NCBI RefSeq assembly: GCF_001194135.2
Contig: NC_068992.1
Location: 33,647,135-33,711,134, forward strand
Reading direction: 5' to 3'
Origin: Octopus bimaculoides
Lineage: Eukaryota
Length of the DNA stretch: 64,000 bases
Of this stretch, positions 50,960 through 63,690 are shown piece after piece. Under the pieces are notes generated by a model, which worked only from the letters and a program-made list of their open reading frames with translations, was not told the DNA's origin and did not search any database. The position numbers were made by a program, and so were the translations under genes. Within the stretch, counting starts at the first letter, position 1. Each line of letters opens with the position of its first letter.

Positions 50960-51205
50960 TCTATCTATCTGTCTGTCTGTCTATTTATCGATCTGTCTGC
51001 TTATTTATCTATCTGCCTATCTGTTTGTCCATTTATCTCTTTGTCTGTCTGTCTTTCTGTCTACCTGTCTATCAATCTATTTATCTATCTGTCTCTGTCT
51101 ATCTGTTTGTCTCTCTGTCTGTCAGTCTATCTATATGTTCATTTGTTTGTGTGTGTACATGTGTGTAAGTGTATGTATGTGTGTGTATGCATGTTTGTGT
51201 ATGTT
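50960..51205. repeat. (TCTA/TCTG)n and (TG)n simple repeats
   Basis: Directly visible. Confidence 0.9.
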
Positions 51206-52800
51206 TCAGTTTATGCAACATTTGACAATACAGCCAGTTAAAAAACAAAAATGCTATTTTGTCAAAAGGCAACTTCATCACTTGACCAGAATCCAACACA
51301 GGTCAGTGGATGTAACTGACTAAAACCAAGTGTCCTTCATGACAGTACCCATGCATGGCTACAACACCAATAACTCAAATTGGTAAAAGAATAAGAGACA
51401 AAACATGTTAGTCAAGTTGTCTAGAGTTTCAGATACCATAACTTATAGTTAACTTACAGCGAAATAAGCAATTTTGTTTGTAGGCTCATGTTTGTGTTCA
51501 GGTCACACCCAGATATTTTATTCAGTCTTTATAACCTCTTCCTCCTTTTCATCATCATCATTTAACATCCATTTTGCCATACTAGCCTATGTTGGATAGT
51601 TTGTCTTGGGACTCTCATCTTGCACAGATAACGATACATCAACTTTAGTGTGGTTTATGTTTTACAGTGTGGACTGAATCAGTTTTGTCATGCTAGTAGC
51701 ACTAGAGTGGTTGTCCTGTATAGGGAAGATTAAAAGAACCTTCCCTTCTAAGCAAAAGCAACCTATGATGGTGAGTTCATATCTAATTCATGTTCTGGAT
51801 ACCTTTTTTAACTTTGGCAATTGACACAAAATCTCAGGAGAGCAGCACTAAGGTCTTCTCTCCTCTGCACCAGTTTTATTTTGAATTACTACCATCCTAA
51901 ACAAGCATGTTCTAGTACTTTTTGTAGAATATACACCACAATATTTATAGCACACTATCTATTGCTGTATACCCTTCTTATTATCAACTACTTTACAGAC
52001 TAAATGTTGAACACAGAAATAAAAGCTAAAGATAAATTTTGTTTCAAGTAGTAATATCAGTTACGTACACACATCTCAGATATTTATTTACTGACTTAGA
52101 TTTTATGGATTTTTTTCTGCAGTGCTTCAAGTCAAAGTAAATTTAAGAAGTGATCTACTATATCTAACTCCTCACCAGGATTCAAATTTATTTTCAACTG
52201 TCCAGTCATGCAATGTTGTATCAATAAATTATACTATTTCTTACAAAATCACTAACGTTATCTTATTCCAGAATGCCAGAATGGTTTGTTAATTTCTTGG
52301 AGAACTGGTTACTATTCCCGATGGAAGATGCTTCACTTACACTAAAGAAATTTCTGAATACAATTGCTAAACAACAGATTTCTATTTATAGATACTTTTT
52401 CAACTTGCTTATACCATAAGTGCTAAGCGCCGAAGGAACAATATTCTGTATGGCTGTGTTTTGAAATATACATAAGAAATGCCTAATAAAGACGTTAATG
52501 AATTCTAAACCCTAAACTTTTCTCAAGATCTCTTACAAGTATTTTGTTTTGTATTGAGGTGGACGTATATTTGCAAATGCACCACATTACCTAAATGATT
52601 TGAAATATGGGACCTGTCAGGATGATTTCTCTCTCATTCAATTAATATTTTAAAAGGACTGCTAACACATATTTTTAGAGCATTTAGGAAACATTGTCCA
52701 TTTTTTAAAGTTACAAAGTTACTTTAATCAAAGTTTGCAGTTTCATAACAATCAATATATTCTACTCTCTCTCAACTTCTTTCCTCTTTCTCTTGCACAT

Positions 52801-53130
52801 GGGTGCATACGTAGCTGTGTGGTAAGAAGCTTGCTTCCCAACCACATGTTTCTGGGTTCATTCCCACTGTGTGGCACATTGGGCAAGTTTCATCTACTAT
52901 AGCCTTGGGCTGACTAAAGGCTTCTGAGTGGAATTGGTAGACAGAAACTGAAAGAAGCCCATTGTATATGTGCGTGGGTGGGGGTGTAAGAAGTTTACTT
53001 TCCAACCATATGGTTCAGGGTTTAGTCCCACTCTGTGGCACCTTGTGAAAATGTCTTGTCCTATAGCATTGGACCAATCATATCCCTGTGAGTGGATTTG
53101 GCAGATGAATATTGAAAGAAGCCCGTCGTT
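52801..53130 (+). mobile_element. Two tandem SINE copies
   Basis: 52801-52965 and 52980-53130 both match the 15338 family. Confidence 0.85.
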
Positions 53131-53136
53131 TACACA

Positions 53137-53843
53137 TACAGGGTGTGATGGGTAAATTGTTGCTATTTTATATTTTTTAATTTCATGCATGTGCATTGTT
53201 TGTTTTTGATTTTGTCAACTACACAGTATAGTAGGGTCAGTTGGGCACTGTCTGTGAGAAAAACAGCTCTATGACACAATTCACTCTGCCAGAAATTTGG
53301 AAATGACATGCTGTACTGCTTGGCATTTGTGCTGGAAGCTCCAATATGAACATTTCAGAGTGTTTAGGTGTCAATCTGAGGACAGTGCTATTTGAGGACA
53401 TGTATCAAGAGTGATAAAAATCAAATATCCAGTCAACATTATGGTGTTTGGAGTGATCATTAGTGATGTTGATGGTATGCTTCCATTCTTCTTCCCACAC
53501 AGCCTCACACTCAACATGGAGGCTCACATTAAGTGCCTAGAGGAGGTAGTGCTATCCTGGTTCAAGAGGGTGGGAGCTGGAAGACTCTATGTCTGGCAAC
53601 AGGACTCTGCACTATGCCACACATGAAGGAGAACCCGGTCATGACTGTCAGACAATTTCTGCAACAACATCGCCTCTAACATCTGGCCACCTAACTCCCC
53701 AGACTGCAACCTTCTTGATTATTATGTGTGGGGCACAGTTGAGTGAGAGATCAACAAAACTTCTTGTAACACCAAAGATGAACTGAAGGCAAGAATTATG
53801 ACAGAATTCATGAACTTAAACAAGGAGACAATCCAGAAGAGTT
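53137..53843 (+). mobile_element. maT (DD37D) transposon relic, internally deleted and cut by an RTE tail
   Basis: Starts TA-CAGGGTGT. Relics KYPVNIMVFGVIISD and WQQDSALCHT*RRTRS*LSDNFCNNIASNIWPPNSPDCNLLDYYVW, with 37 residues between D2 and D3. Confidence 0.88.
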
Positions 53844-54145
53844 ACTGGCACGTGTGCCGGTGTCATGTGAACAAAACATTGGATTGACTCCTGTGCAGGT
53901 GGCACGTAAAAAACACAATTTGAGCATGGCCATTGCCAGTACCACTGGACTGGCCCTCATGCCGATGGCATGTAAAAAGCACCCACTACACTATCAGAGT
54001 AGTTGGCGTTAGGAAGGGCATCCAGCTGTAGAAACTCTGCCAGAACAGATTGGAGTGTGGTGTAGCCATCTGGTTTGCCAGTCCCCAGTCAAATCGTTCA
54101 ACCCATGCTAGCATGGAAAGCGGACGTTAAATGATGATGATGTGA

Positions 54146-54305
54146 CAATTAGTTGGTTGTCAGAATAAAACTCAGAGTTTCAGATACCGGGGCTGAAGTC
54201 TGCTCCGGTATCTCATCAGTTGTCTTAGTAACTGATGAGATGCCAGAACAGATTTTAGCCCCAGTATCTGAAACTCTGAGTTTTATTCTGACAACCAACT
54301 AATTG
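54146..54305. ncRNA. 160-bp palindrome carrying a hammerhead motif on each strand
   Basis: 76-nt arms with 6 transition mismatches and an 8-nt loop. Each arm reads CTGATGA-stem II-T-GAAA-CTC-T-GAG-TT-TTATTC outward from the centre. Confidence 0.8.
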
Positions 54306-54745
54306 CCAGATATTATATTTATTCCTCTATTTTACACAGTATCCAGGTCTCAATCATTCTTTGGTTGTCATATTATTATTATTATTATTAATATGTGTGT
54401 GTGTGTGTTTATATACTTCAATGAACATCAGTGTATATGACACTAACAGTTGGCTTGATAGAATCACACAGTGCAGACAATAGTTTAATCCATACTACGG
54501 TTGTTGGGTAATTTTCAGTTCCGATTTCTTATCAATGATCTGATTCATTGGTGATTCCTTGGTGTGGCATATAGATAACTAATAAATGGCATTTAAATCT
54601 GTGACAATTATTTCACCAGAAATATATTAATGCAGTCATATAGATTTCCAGTTCCTCAAGTGTTACATAAACCATAGCTTCACTCACCAGCTTTTGTACA
54701 TATATAAATATATGCATGTGTGTGTGTGTGTGTGTGTGTGTTATA

Positions 54746-54827
<82 letters not shown>

Positions 54828-55308
54828 AATGCAGTGTGGAAGGTTTTTATAACCCATTTAGAAACACACAAAAACCGATAGATCCACCGCAACATTTAAA
54901 TTTAATTTGTGCCAAAATATTCTCGTCACTTTGAGACCGCAACCTGACCACTGGCAAAAATTCTGTGCTGCACCGCGTGCGCACGCACACACACACACAC
55001 ACACACACGCACACACACAGGCTATGAGTGATAGTGGTGTCAATTAGACCCAAGGGTTTCAGGTAATGCTGAGTATGTGCTATGAATAGACCACAGTTAA
55101 GCTCCAGGTTCGGTGGTTATGTGAATAAAGGGTCCATTCTGCCTAAGCAATGGATTTACAAATACAATATCCCTACATTCACTNNNNNNNNNNNNNNNNN
55201 NNNNNNNNNNNNNNNNNNNNNNNNNNNNNNNNNNNNNNNNNNNNNNNNNNNNNNNNNNNNNNNNNNNNNNNNNNNNNNNNNNNATATATGTGTATATATA
55301 TATATGTG

Positions 55309-55339
<31 letters not shown>

Positions 55340-55565
55340 ATACATATAATGTACTGTTCCATGATGGTAAGATAAACCAAACAAAAGTACTCCATCTGGT
55401 GAGAGATAAATATTATTTAATAGATACAATACATGTTTTATGTGCTACACAGTTTCATATGTTGAGAAGTACTTCAAACGTTCATCAGGTGCAAACCACA
55501 TATCATATGTATGTGTGTGTGTGTATGTGTGTGTGTATATGTATGTATGCAATGTATGCATGTAT

Positions 55566-55745
55566 CGGCACAGGCATGGCTGTGTGGTAAGAAGCTTACT
55601 TCTCAACTACATGGTTCTAGTTTCAGTCCCACAATGTGGAGCCCTAGACAAGTGCCTTCCACTAAAGCCTTGGGCCAATCAAAGCCCTATGAATGGATCT
55701 AGTAGGCGGAAACTGAAAGAAGCTTGTCGTGTGTATGTGTGTGGG
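55566..55745 (+). mobile_element. tRNA-derived SINE copy
   Basis: Matches the 15338 family. Confidence 0.85.
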
Positions 55746-56317
55746 TGTGATCAAACATATTCCAATGTGTCTTACATCATCTGAGCTAAAACTCGTTTCT
55801 GCAGTTCATAGATCGTCTGCTAGGTTGCTGGCTGTGGAATGCTTGAGGGAATTGTCTTAAAACAGCTGTAAGGGATATCTGCACATTTTCCTTCTTTACA
55901 TTTAAATCTGTATTTTATCTATTGATGCAAGAAATCTGATATCAATAGTACAGAGAACCATTATGAATATTTCTCAACCAATCTTTTATTGATCTCTTGT
56001 GATCTAAACTCTGGAAATATACCTTTCTACCCACAAGTTGTATCAATATATATAAATCTGATAATGTTCTAATCTGGCCTGATACCTGCTCTTTGCCCTT
56101 CTAAACCTTTATTTGATTTTTACTTTTACCAGTTCTACTACTTATAGACAATTCTCATTTAGTTATGCATAACATCCTTGCATTTTTAGCTGCAGTTCAA
56201 GTTTGGAGTCAAAGCAGGTCAACCTTAGGACTAATTATATGTACTTATTATCTTACACCACCAGAAGTAATTAACCTGAAATATCTATTAATCTATCTGT
56301 CTGTCTGTCTGTTTGTC

Positions 56318-56538
56318 TATGAGGTGATGCTGAAAAGTTCCTGGTTTTGAATAAAAGAAAATACAAGAGGATTAGCTGATTATGATTTTATTCAATATAT
56401 TCCCCTCTCAGATTCACACACTTATTGCAGAAGTCCTTCAGTTTTTCTAAACTCCATCAAAGAACTCAGAAGGTTGGGCCGCAAGTAGGGCCTTTTATGA
56501 TACTCTTAAAGCCAGGAAATTTTCAGTACCCCCTCGTA
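56318..56538. mobile_element. Mariner-derived MITE
   Basis: TA-flanked imperfect TIRs TATGAGGTGATGCTGAAAAGTTCCTGG and GCCAGGAAATTTTCAGTACCCCCTCGTA. Confidence 0.8.
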
Positions 56539-56569
56539 TACACACACACATGCATGCACGCACACAAGC

Positions 56570-56950
56570 GCATACATATCTCTAATATTTTATTTGCATC
56601 AGTCATTAGACTGCAGCCATACTGGAGCACTGGTTTGAAGAACTTTTATTCGAATGAATCGATTCTAATGCGTATTTTCTTTAAGTCTGGTATTCTATCA
56701 TTGCTTTTTGCCAAACTGCTAAGTTATAGGGACATAAACAAAGCAACACCAGTTGCCAAGCATTAGTGGGGAACAAACACAGACACAAAGACACATACAC
56801 ATACATATATATGATGGGCTTCTTTTAGTTTCTGTCTCCCCAAAAAATCCACTCACAAGGCTTTGGTCAGCCTCAGGCTACAGTAGAAAACACTTGCCCA
56901 AGGTGCTATGCAGTGGGAATCAAGCTTCTTACCACACAACCATGCCTGCT
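56570..56950 (-). mobile_element. tRNA-derived SINE, both halves
   Basis: Reverse complement of 15338-15700. Confidence 0.85.
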
Positions 56951-56953
56951 TCT

Positions 56954-56995
<42 letters not shown>

Positions 56996-57141
56996 NNNNN
57001 NNNNNNNNNNNNNNNNNNNNNNNNNNNNNNNNNNNNNNNNNNNNNNNNNNNNNNNNNNNNNNNNNNNNNNNNNNNNNNNNNNNNNNNNNNNNNNNNNNNN
57101 NNNNNNNNNNNNNNNNNNNNNNNNNNNNNNNNTGAGAGAGA

Positions 57142-58334
57142 TACTGGGTTTGGACAAAATAATGGAAAAACCTTAAAATTTCAAACAAATTTATTTTAAT
57201 AAATTTGGTAGTAATTACAGCTTAACTTCTACTCTACGAGGTATGGACTCGTACAAAGTTTGAATTGTTTCTAAAGGAATTTTTGTCCATTTTTCAGCTA
57301 AAATTGTCTCCAGTTCTTGTAGTGATGATGGTGGAGGATATCAACTCCTTGCATGTTTTTCTAAAATGCACCATAAATGTTCAATAATATTGAGATCTGG
57401 GGACTGTGGTGGTCAGATAAGATGTTCAACTTCACTCGAATGTTCCTCGTGCCATTCAGTAACAACTTTAGCTGTGTGAATTGGTGCATTATTATCCTGA
57501 AAGATTGTGTTTCCCTCCGGAAACAGTTCTGATTAGATAAAATTTGATTAGATAAAATGCTTAAAGTCTTGACTATTAATTCTGCCATGGAGAGAAATCA
57601 TTAGGCTGGCAGATTTCCAAGATATAGTCCCCCACTCACTCAGATCATCACAAATCCTCCTCCATGTTTAACAGTTGGAAGAAGGCAGTCTGGGTCAAAT
57701 GCTTCTTTTGGCTGTCTCCAGACGTATACACAGCCAGTGGTCGGAAATAAGGTAAAGGATGACTCACCCAAGAAAAGAAAATTCTTCCACTGCTCTAGGG
57801 ACCAATTCTGTAGGTTTTTACTCCACTCTAAATGCTTCTCAATGTTTGCTTTTGTGCAGCTCCCCGGTGAACAATCTTTGTGGAAACTGGGCTCTCAAGG
57901 TGGTCATGAAGCTCCACAGTAATTTTGGGAGCTGTATTTTGTGATCCTTTCTAACAATACGTGTAAGAGTCCGACAGTCCCTATCTGAAAGTTTTGGTTT
58001 TCTTCTGGAGTTTTGTTTTGACAAGGAGGTTTTTCCATCTTTCTCAAAGGCTGTCATTACTTTTGAGACAGTACTTCTTGATACACCAAACATTTCAACT
58101 GTTTATGTTATGCTAGCACCTGCCATACCAGCACCAACAATTTGACCTCTTTGAAAGTGCAATAGATCTGTCATTTTAATGAATTTTAATAACTTTTTCT
58201 GATGATATCTGAAAAGAAACAGCAATTTTAGCAAAACATATTAAGTAACACTAATAATAAATCAAAAAGCATAAAAATAAGCAAGCTTTTGATAGTTTCA
58301 TAAATATTTCAAAATTACGATGCTATGATGCTAG
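57142..58334 (-). mobile_element. Second Tc1 family, decayed; other end lies in the gap
   Basis: Terminus TACTGGGTTTGGACAAAATAATGG; minus-strand FQRGQIVGAGMAGASIT...MFGVSRSTVSKVM...RKPKLSDRDCRTLTRIVRK. Confidence 0.88.
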
Positions 58335-59135
58335 NNNNNNNNNNNNNNNNNNNNNNNNNNNNNNNNNNNNNNNNNNNNNNNNNNNNNNNNNNNNNNNNNN
58401 NNNNNNNNNNNNNNNNNNNNNNNCACATATAACCTTTGTTGCTTTTTGTTTTTGTGTAAGAGTTATTTACTTTATTTTTGCGCTACTGTATGCTTTGAAA
58501 CAAGGTATGCTAAAATTAATTATAATTAATGATTCATTATTATTCATTAAGTTTTCCATATAATTTTTTCAAAGCTTAAATTTATTCATTATAACATATA
58601 ATAAAACCAAATGACAGAAAATTAATTAATAGTTAATTAGTTAATCTTCACAGTAAAGTTATCAAAAATAACTGTAATTATTAATGTTGAAGATTCAATA
58701 GACGTCCACTTATACAGTGCTGCACAAACACAGGTAAATGTATTGTTTTAATAGGAGGGAAAATGCTTTAAAACTTATCTCAGATGAGCATATGGAGCCA
58801 TAACTGTACAGATAGTCTTTTCTAATAGAAGTATCAAGTCACATTTGTTTAAATTTTAAAATGAGCTTTCTTTATGCCGGATTTTATTATGGGTTAAATT
58901 GTTACAATATGTCTACAGCATCTAATGTTAGTTATTAGCAAAGTGACAACATTCTCAATAATTCAAGCTAATAAACTGCCAATAGCACCATTGGTAAGTG
59001 TTGTCCATCACAAATGTCACAGTGAATGAACTGTTTTGTTAGTAGTTGGTGCTGAGTACAAATCCTTTCTTCAGTGGAAGAGGCATACTTTGTGTTTCTA
59101 CTTAAGACAAAAGATCTATTTTAACCATCTGATAC

Positions 59136-61300
59136 TGTTATGGTGATAAGAGTAATAATGGAACACCACTCTCACATGACGAGTGGTATGTGATAGTAGT
59201 TATAAATACTCTGATGTAAGAAGTCGAGTGGAGTGTCAGTTGAGGAGTCAGTTGAGATAGTCGTGTCTTACTTGTCTAACTAACTATATCGCTATACTAA
59301 AGTGGGCATTATATCAGTCCAACATTGGATTACAACAGAGGTGACGAGGAATTAACAAACTCATGAGGATTAAACAAACTCACAAGGAGTTATGAAACAA
59401 AAGTTTTTGTGTGAATTTTATGGTAGACAAAATCGTAAAATTATGGAAGATTTATTGGTCAGTTTGTTCAAGTTGCAAAACAGCAGCAACAACAACAATT
59501 ACTATTACAGCAACAAATACTACAATTAATGAATAGTAAGTCATAAAAAAATGATGCAAAGTTGTTCTTACCAGATTATGTTGCAAACTCAATTACAAAA
59601 TTTAAGTATGAACCAGATGAAGGAGTTACCTTCGAGGAGTACTATAGAAAATAGCAACAGAACTTCAATAAAGAATACAAAGATTGGAATGACGCAAATG
59701 TGAAAATTAAAGATATAGAGAAAAAAGGCAGTTAGACACGGGAAGTGATATTACCATTATGAATGAAGAAACTTGGAAGTATATCAGTAAGCCAAAATTA
59801 AATAAATCTTCAAAAATAGCACACAGTGTTGTGAGTAAAAGATTGTATTGCGTTGGTGAATTTGTGTGTAATGTGACATTTTGTGACCAAATGAAAAAAT
59901 CAAAACTATATGTGTTAAAAATTCAGTAGATCTATTTGGAACAGAGTGGATGGAACTATTTAAGTTGTGGAATACATGCATAAGTGTTTCATGTGGGAAT
60001 ATAGTCAGTTCAGTTGAAGGTTCAAATGCAGCTGAGGGACTGAAACAAAAATATAAAACATTTATTTCCAAATGTTTTCTCAGATAAACAGGTCTGCTGC
60101 ATGAAAACAAAGGCAAAAATTGTAGTAAAACAAAGTGAAACACCTGTATTTAAGCCAAAATGTAACATTTGCAGCACTAGAGCAGCTAAATAAGGAAATT
60201 GAAAGACTAGAAATAATCGAAAATATAGACCACTCATATTGGGCAGTGCTTATTGTCAATGAATACAATGCTGGCTGACTGATTTTGCTGTCGCCTATTT
60301 AGATGATATCCTAGTAAAAAACAAGTCAGATGAACAACATGTAGAACATATAAAGAAGGTATCCGAAAAGATAAGAGAATACGGCTTTAAGTTAAGTGAA
60401 GAAAATGTGAGTTCTTTCTGAAAAAAAATAAATACTTGGGCCAGATAAATAAAGACGAACAGAAACCGGATCCATCCAGAGAGACTGCAATAAGAAAATA
60501 TGCCCACACTGAACAATGTGACTAAGCTACAAGCATTCTTGAGTTTAGTAAATTACTATCAAATTTACATTCCCCATATACACAATGTAAGGGCTTCGCT
60601 CAATGATCTGTTAAAGAAAAATGCAAAATGGTGCTGCACTGATAAGTGCCAGAAGGTATTTGACAAATTAAGAAACATTTTAACATTGGCCTTCTTGTTA
60701 ATGCATTTTAATCCAAAGTTGGATATTATATTGGCTACAGATGTTAGTGACTATGCTGAAGGAAAAAGATTTGCACTGTTGGTACATTACTCATTTTCTC
60801 AACTTAGCAAGATATTTTCTCATTAAATGTAAGATACTTCTATACAGAGATATGTTTTGGCTGTTGCTGCAGCTGCTATTTTGCACCAAGTCAGCCCTGG
60901 TCACACAGAACTATGTTAAAAGTTATTCCAGCTTTAACCATCCTTATTTCTTCAGTAAGCTTCAAAGACTACATCATCTAATATATTCTCTTTTTTAAGA
61001 TGGCGAAGCATGATTTGAAGTAATTTGATTGCTGATATTAGTTAGTTGAACAACCACATAGAGGCTTCCTTATCAATGGAGCCTCTAGTCAATGTGGTAT
61101 TTGAATCACATATTTTTTACAGATACCTGTAAAATATTGCAATACCCAGATAGTTTCCATATAGTTTCCATATATGTAACCAGGCTACTGTATATTGACG
61201 AGTGCTTCTTTAGTTTGTAAATCTCAGCTCACATTCTCTCATCAATCAAATCACCGTAATAGAAAACCAGTCTAGAACATCAATAAACAGTAGTGTGTCA
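59136..61300 (+). mobile_element. Gypsy LTR-retrotransposon relic with a 5' LTR (59136-59337) and PBS-like site
   Basis: TG...CA 202-bp LTR candidate followed by GAGGTGACGAGG. Gag relic SITKFKYEPDEGVTFEEYYRK, RT AYLDDILV, RNase H LQAFLSLVNYY...FNPKLDIILATDVSDY. No 3' LTR seen, so the LTR call rests on termini and PBS only. Confidence 0.88.
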
Positions 61301-61909
61301 ATGAATCATTGGTTTATGGAATATTATTGAATAAGTGGAAATTGAGAAATTGGTTAATGATTCTTAATAAAGTGCAGACTACTTACTATGCAAAATATTC
61401 AAACGAATGTTTATAGCATATTTTATCTTTATTGGGAATTCTGGAAAAGGAATTTAATTACAAAACCATGTTTTCCTAATTTATATCAAGAATTTGGCAA
61501 AATGAAATTCATTGGATATTTGTGCTCAAAAAGTGATTTAATGGGCAAAGTAGAACTAGAAGTAGCTTATGAGGATTTTTATCCGTTTTATGAAACCTGG
61601 TGGTCTTTGATAATGCCCTTAGACCTGAGAAGTCTGAAAGAATTAATACATAGCTCTGAGGTTTTGTGGTATTAATCTCTCATTCTCTTGGCTATCATAA
61701 ATATTTCCAGAGGATCTGGCTTCTATTCCAAATATGTAGTGAACAAAGGCAATAGTAGAAGGGTTTTTTTTTTTTCTAATAAAGCACACAGCAAGATTCC
61801 TGTATCCAAATGCTGGTAGTAAATTCAGCACCTGAATCATGACAAAGTGGGTAATTCAACACTTTAAAAACTAAATCAACTTGCTTAAGCTACATGTCCC
61901 TGTTGAAAT

Positions 61910-62475
61910 TATTATTATTATTGAGTGAAAGAGCAGTGCATGTCATCAAAGTAACACTGGGATAAAATATATGAAGCCCACTATACCCATCATGACTACC
62001 CATCTGACAAGAGTACACTAGGCACATGCATCACAACCATATGAGCATGACATCATGCTCTCATATCAAGATTAACAGCACATGACCTTGCAGGTGGGGC
62101 CTAGTTAGAATTTTCTTCAGGTTGAACAGCCCATCCTGCTCAAAAGGTCTCTGAATAAAGATTGTTTAAGGATGTTGAACGGAACACCCATGTTTCCAAA
62201 GGTGAATTATCCAAATCCCAAAGAATTCCTCTCAACACATGGCTATGATGCTCCCCCACTTTTTCTGCTCATGATCAGAGATGCACATATCATCAGCCAC
62301 CAAGGGACATGCTCAACTGGTTAAGGTCAAACAACTGACAAGCAAATCTGTGGTATTAAGCAGAATATTTGCTGTAGCCCATCTTTTATACTGAGACAAA
62401 ACAATGTACATAATAACATTTTCAATCAGTTAAGATCAGAAGCCATGAGAGTCACTGCCTGGTACTGCATCAGGG
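61910..62475 (-). repeat. Non-coding interspersed repeat with an (AAT)n tail, probably retroposed
   Basis: (ATT)n at the left end; recalled as a common octopus repeat. Single copy in this window, so not verifiable here. Confidence 0.4.
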
Positions 62476-62477
62476 CA

Positions 62478-63690
62478 TTTATTATTGCTGTTGTTGTTGT
62501 TATTGTTATTCAGTCATTTTATTTTTATTTCATACTTTCCCTGCACTGCCAAGTGCAGCACTGTGTGCCCTAGGTTTGTTCTGTAGTTTGTGTTAGTGTT
62601 GTTATTTTTACTTCATTGAAAGAGCTTTGCATAGTATGTGTGTGGTACCTAGCAGTACTATTTTCTGTATATTTGTAAGTCTTAGTGTTTTGCCTCTGTA
62701 TTTGTCTGTATATTTTATAACCATGCCTAATGCACCTATTATTTTAGGGATTAATTCTGTCTTCAAGCTTCACATTCAAGTTATTTCTATTTCTAGTGCT
62801 TTGTATCTCAAGAGTTTCTCTTTTAGAAATATATGTCATCTGTTGGGACTGATATATCAAGTAGAAGACATTATTATTATTATCTTTTTTTTTTGGTGAT
62901 CCATATTATCCTCGAACTCTTTATCTGTATGTATTGGCATATCCCAGAGTATGTTTGCTTTGTCATTTTTTTGAGACCCTTTCTGGAGTATGCTTACACC
63001 ATGTTTTTTTCTATTGTCATTCCATTGTGCTGGTACAGCTTCCAGTGTATATATAAGTCCCAACTCTGTTGTGTCTGTTTCTTCCCATCACCACATATTC
63101 TGCAGTTAATTATTTCATTTTCCCTTGGTATATGTTTTGGGTGGCTTCCGGTGGGGGTAGCTTTGATCTTATGCTACCATTAAAAACTCTTCAGTCTCTG
63201 CTTTGAGACTCGAAGTCCTTAACCAGTGTTGAGATTTTATTTTGTCTATTTCTTTTCTGTTTAGTTTGTCCCAGTATTTGCCATGTGAGGGCTTTTCTTC
63301 TTAACATTTTATCATGATGTTCTGTAGTTCAAGTTTTAGCTTAGATTTTAGTTGCTTTACACGTTTTGATGTTTCTTATTTCTCTTCATTGTTGTCAGGT
63401 ATTATGAACACTTCCTTGTACTTTTTAACTTTCTTGAAAATAAAAATCACTTTTTTGTTTTGCTCATGCTTCATGGGTATTTGTATTAGTTTTGTTGGCT
63501 CTGACTTAGATATTTCTGTAGTCCTATGGTGGATATTTTATAGTAGATTTCTTGTCATATGAAGCTTACCACCTTCAATTCATTATATACGTAACCTATC
63601 TGTGACAGATTTTTGGTGGTGTATTCTAATTCCATCCTAATTTTTTCTTGTTTTCCTATCTAGTTTGGCTAGTTTATTTAATGTCTAGTT
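62478..63690 (-). mobile_element. R4/Dong-type RLE non-LTR retrotransposon, 3' part
   Basis: Minus-strand relics KSQHWLRTSSLKAETEEFL, NCRICG, YIHWKL, KANILWDMPIHTDKE, DISVP, IIGALGMV and KIVLLGTTHIL; (AAC/AAT)n tail. Confidence 0.85.
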
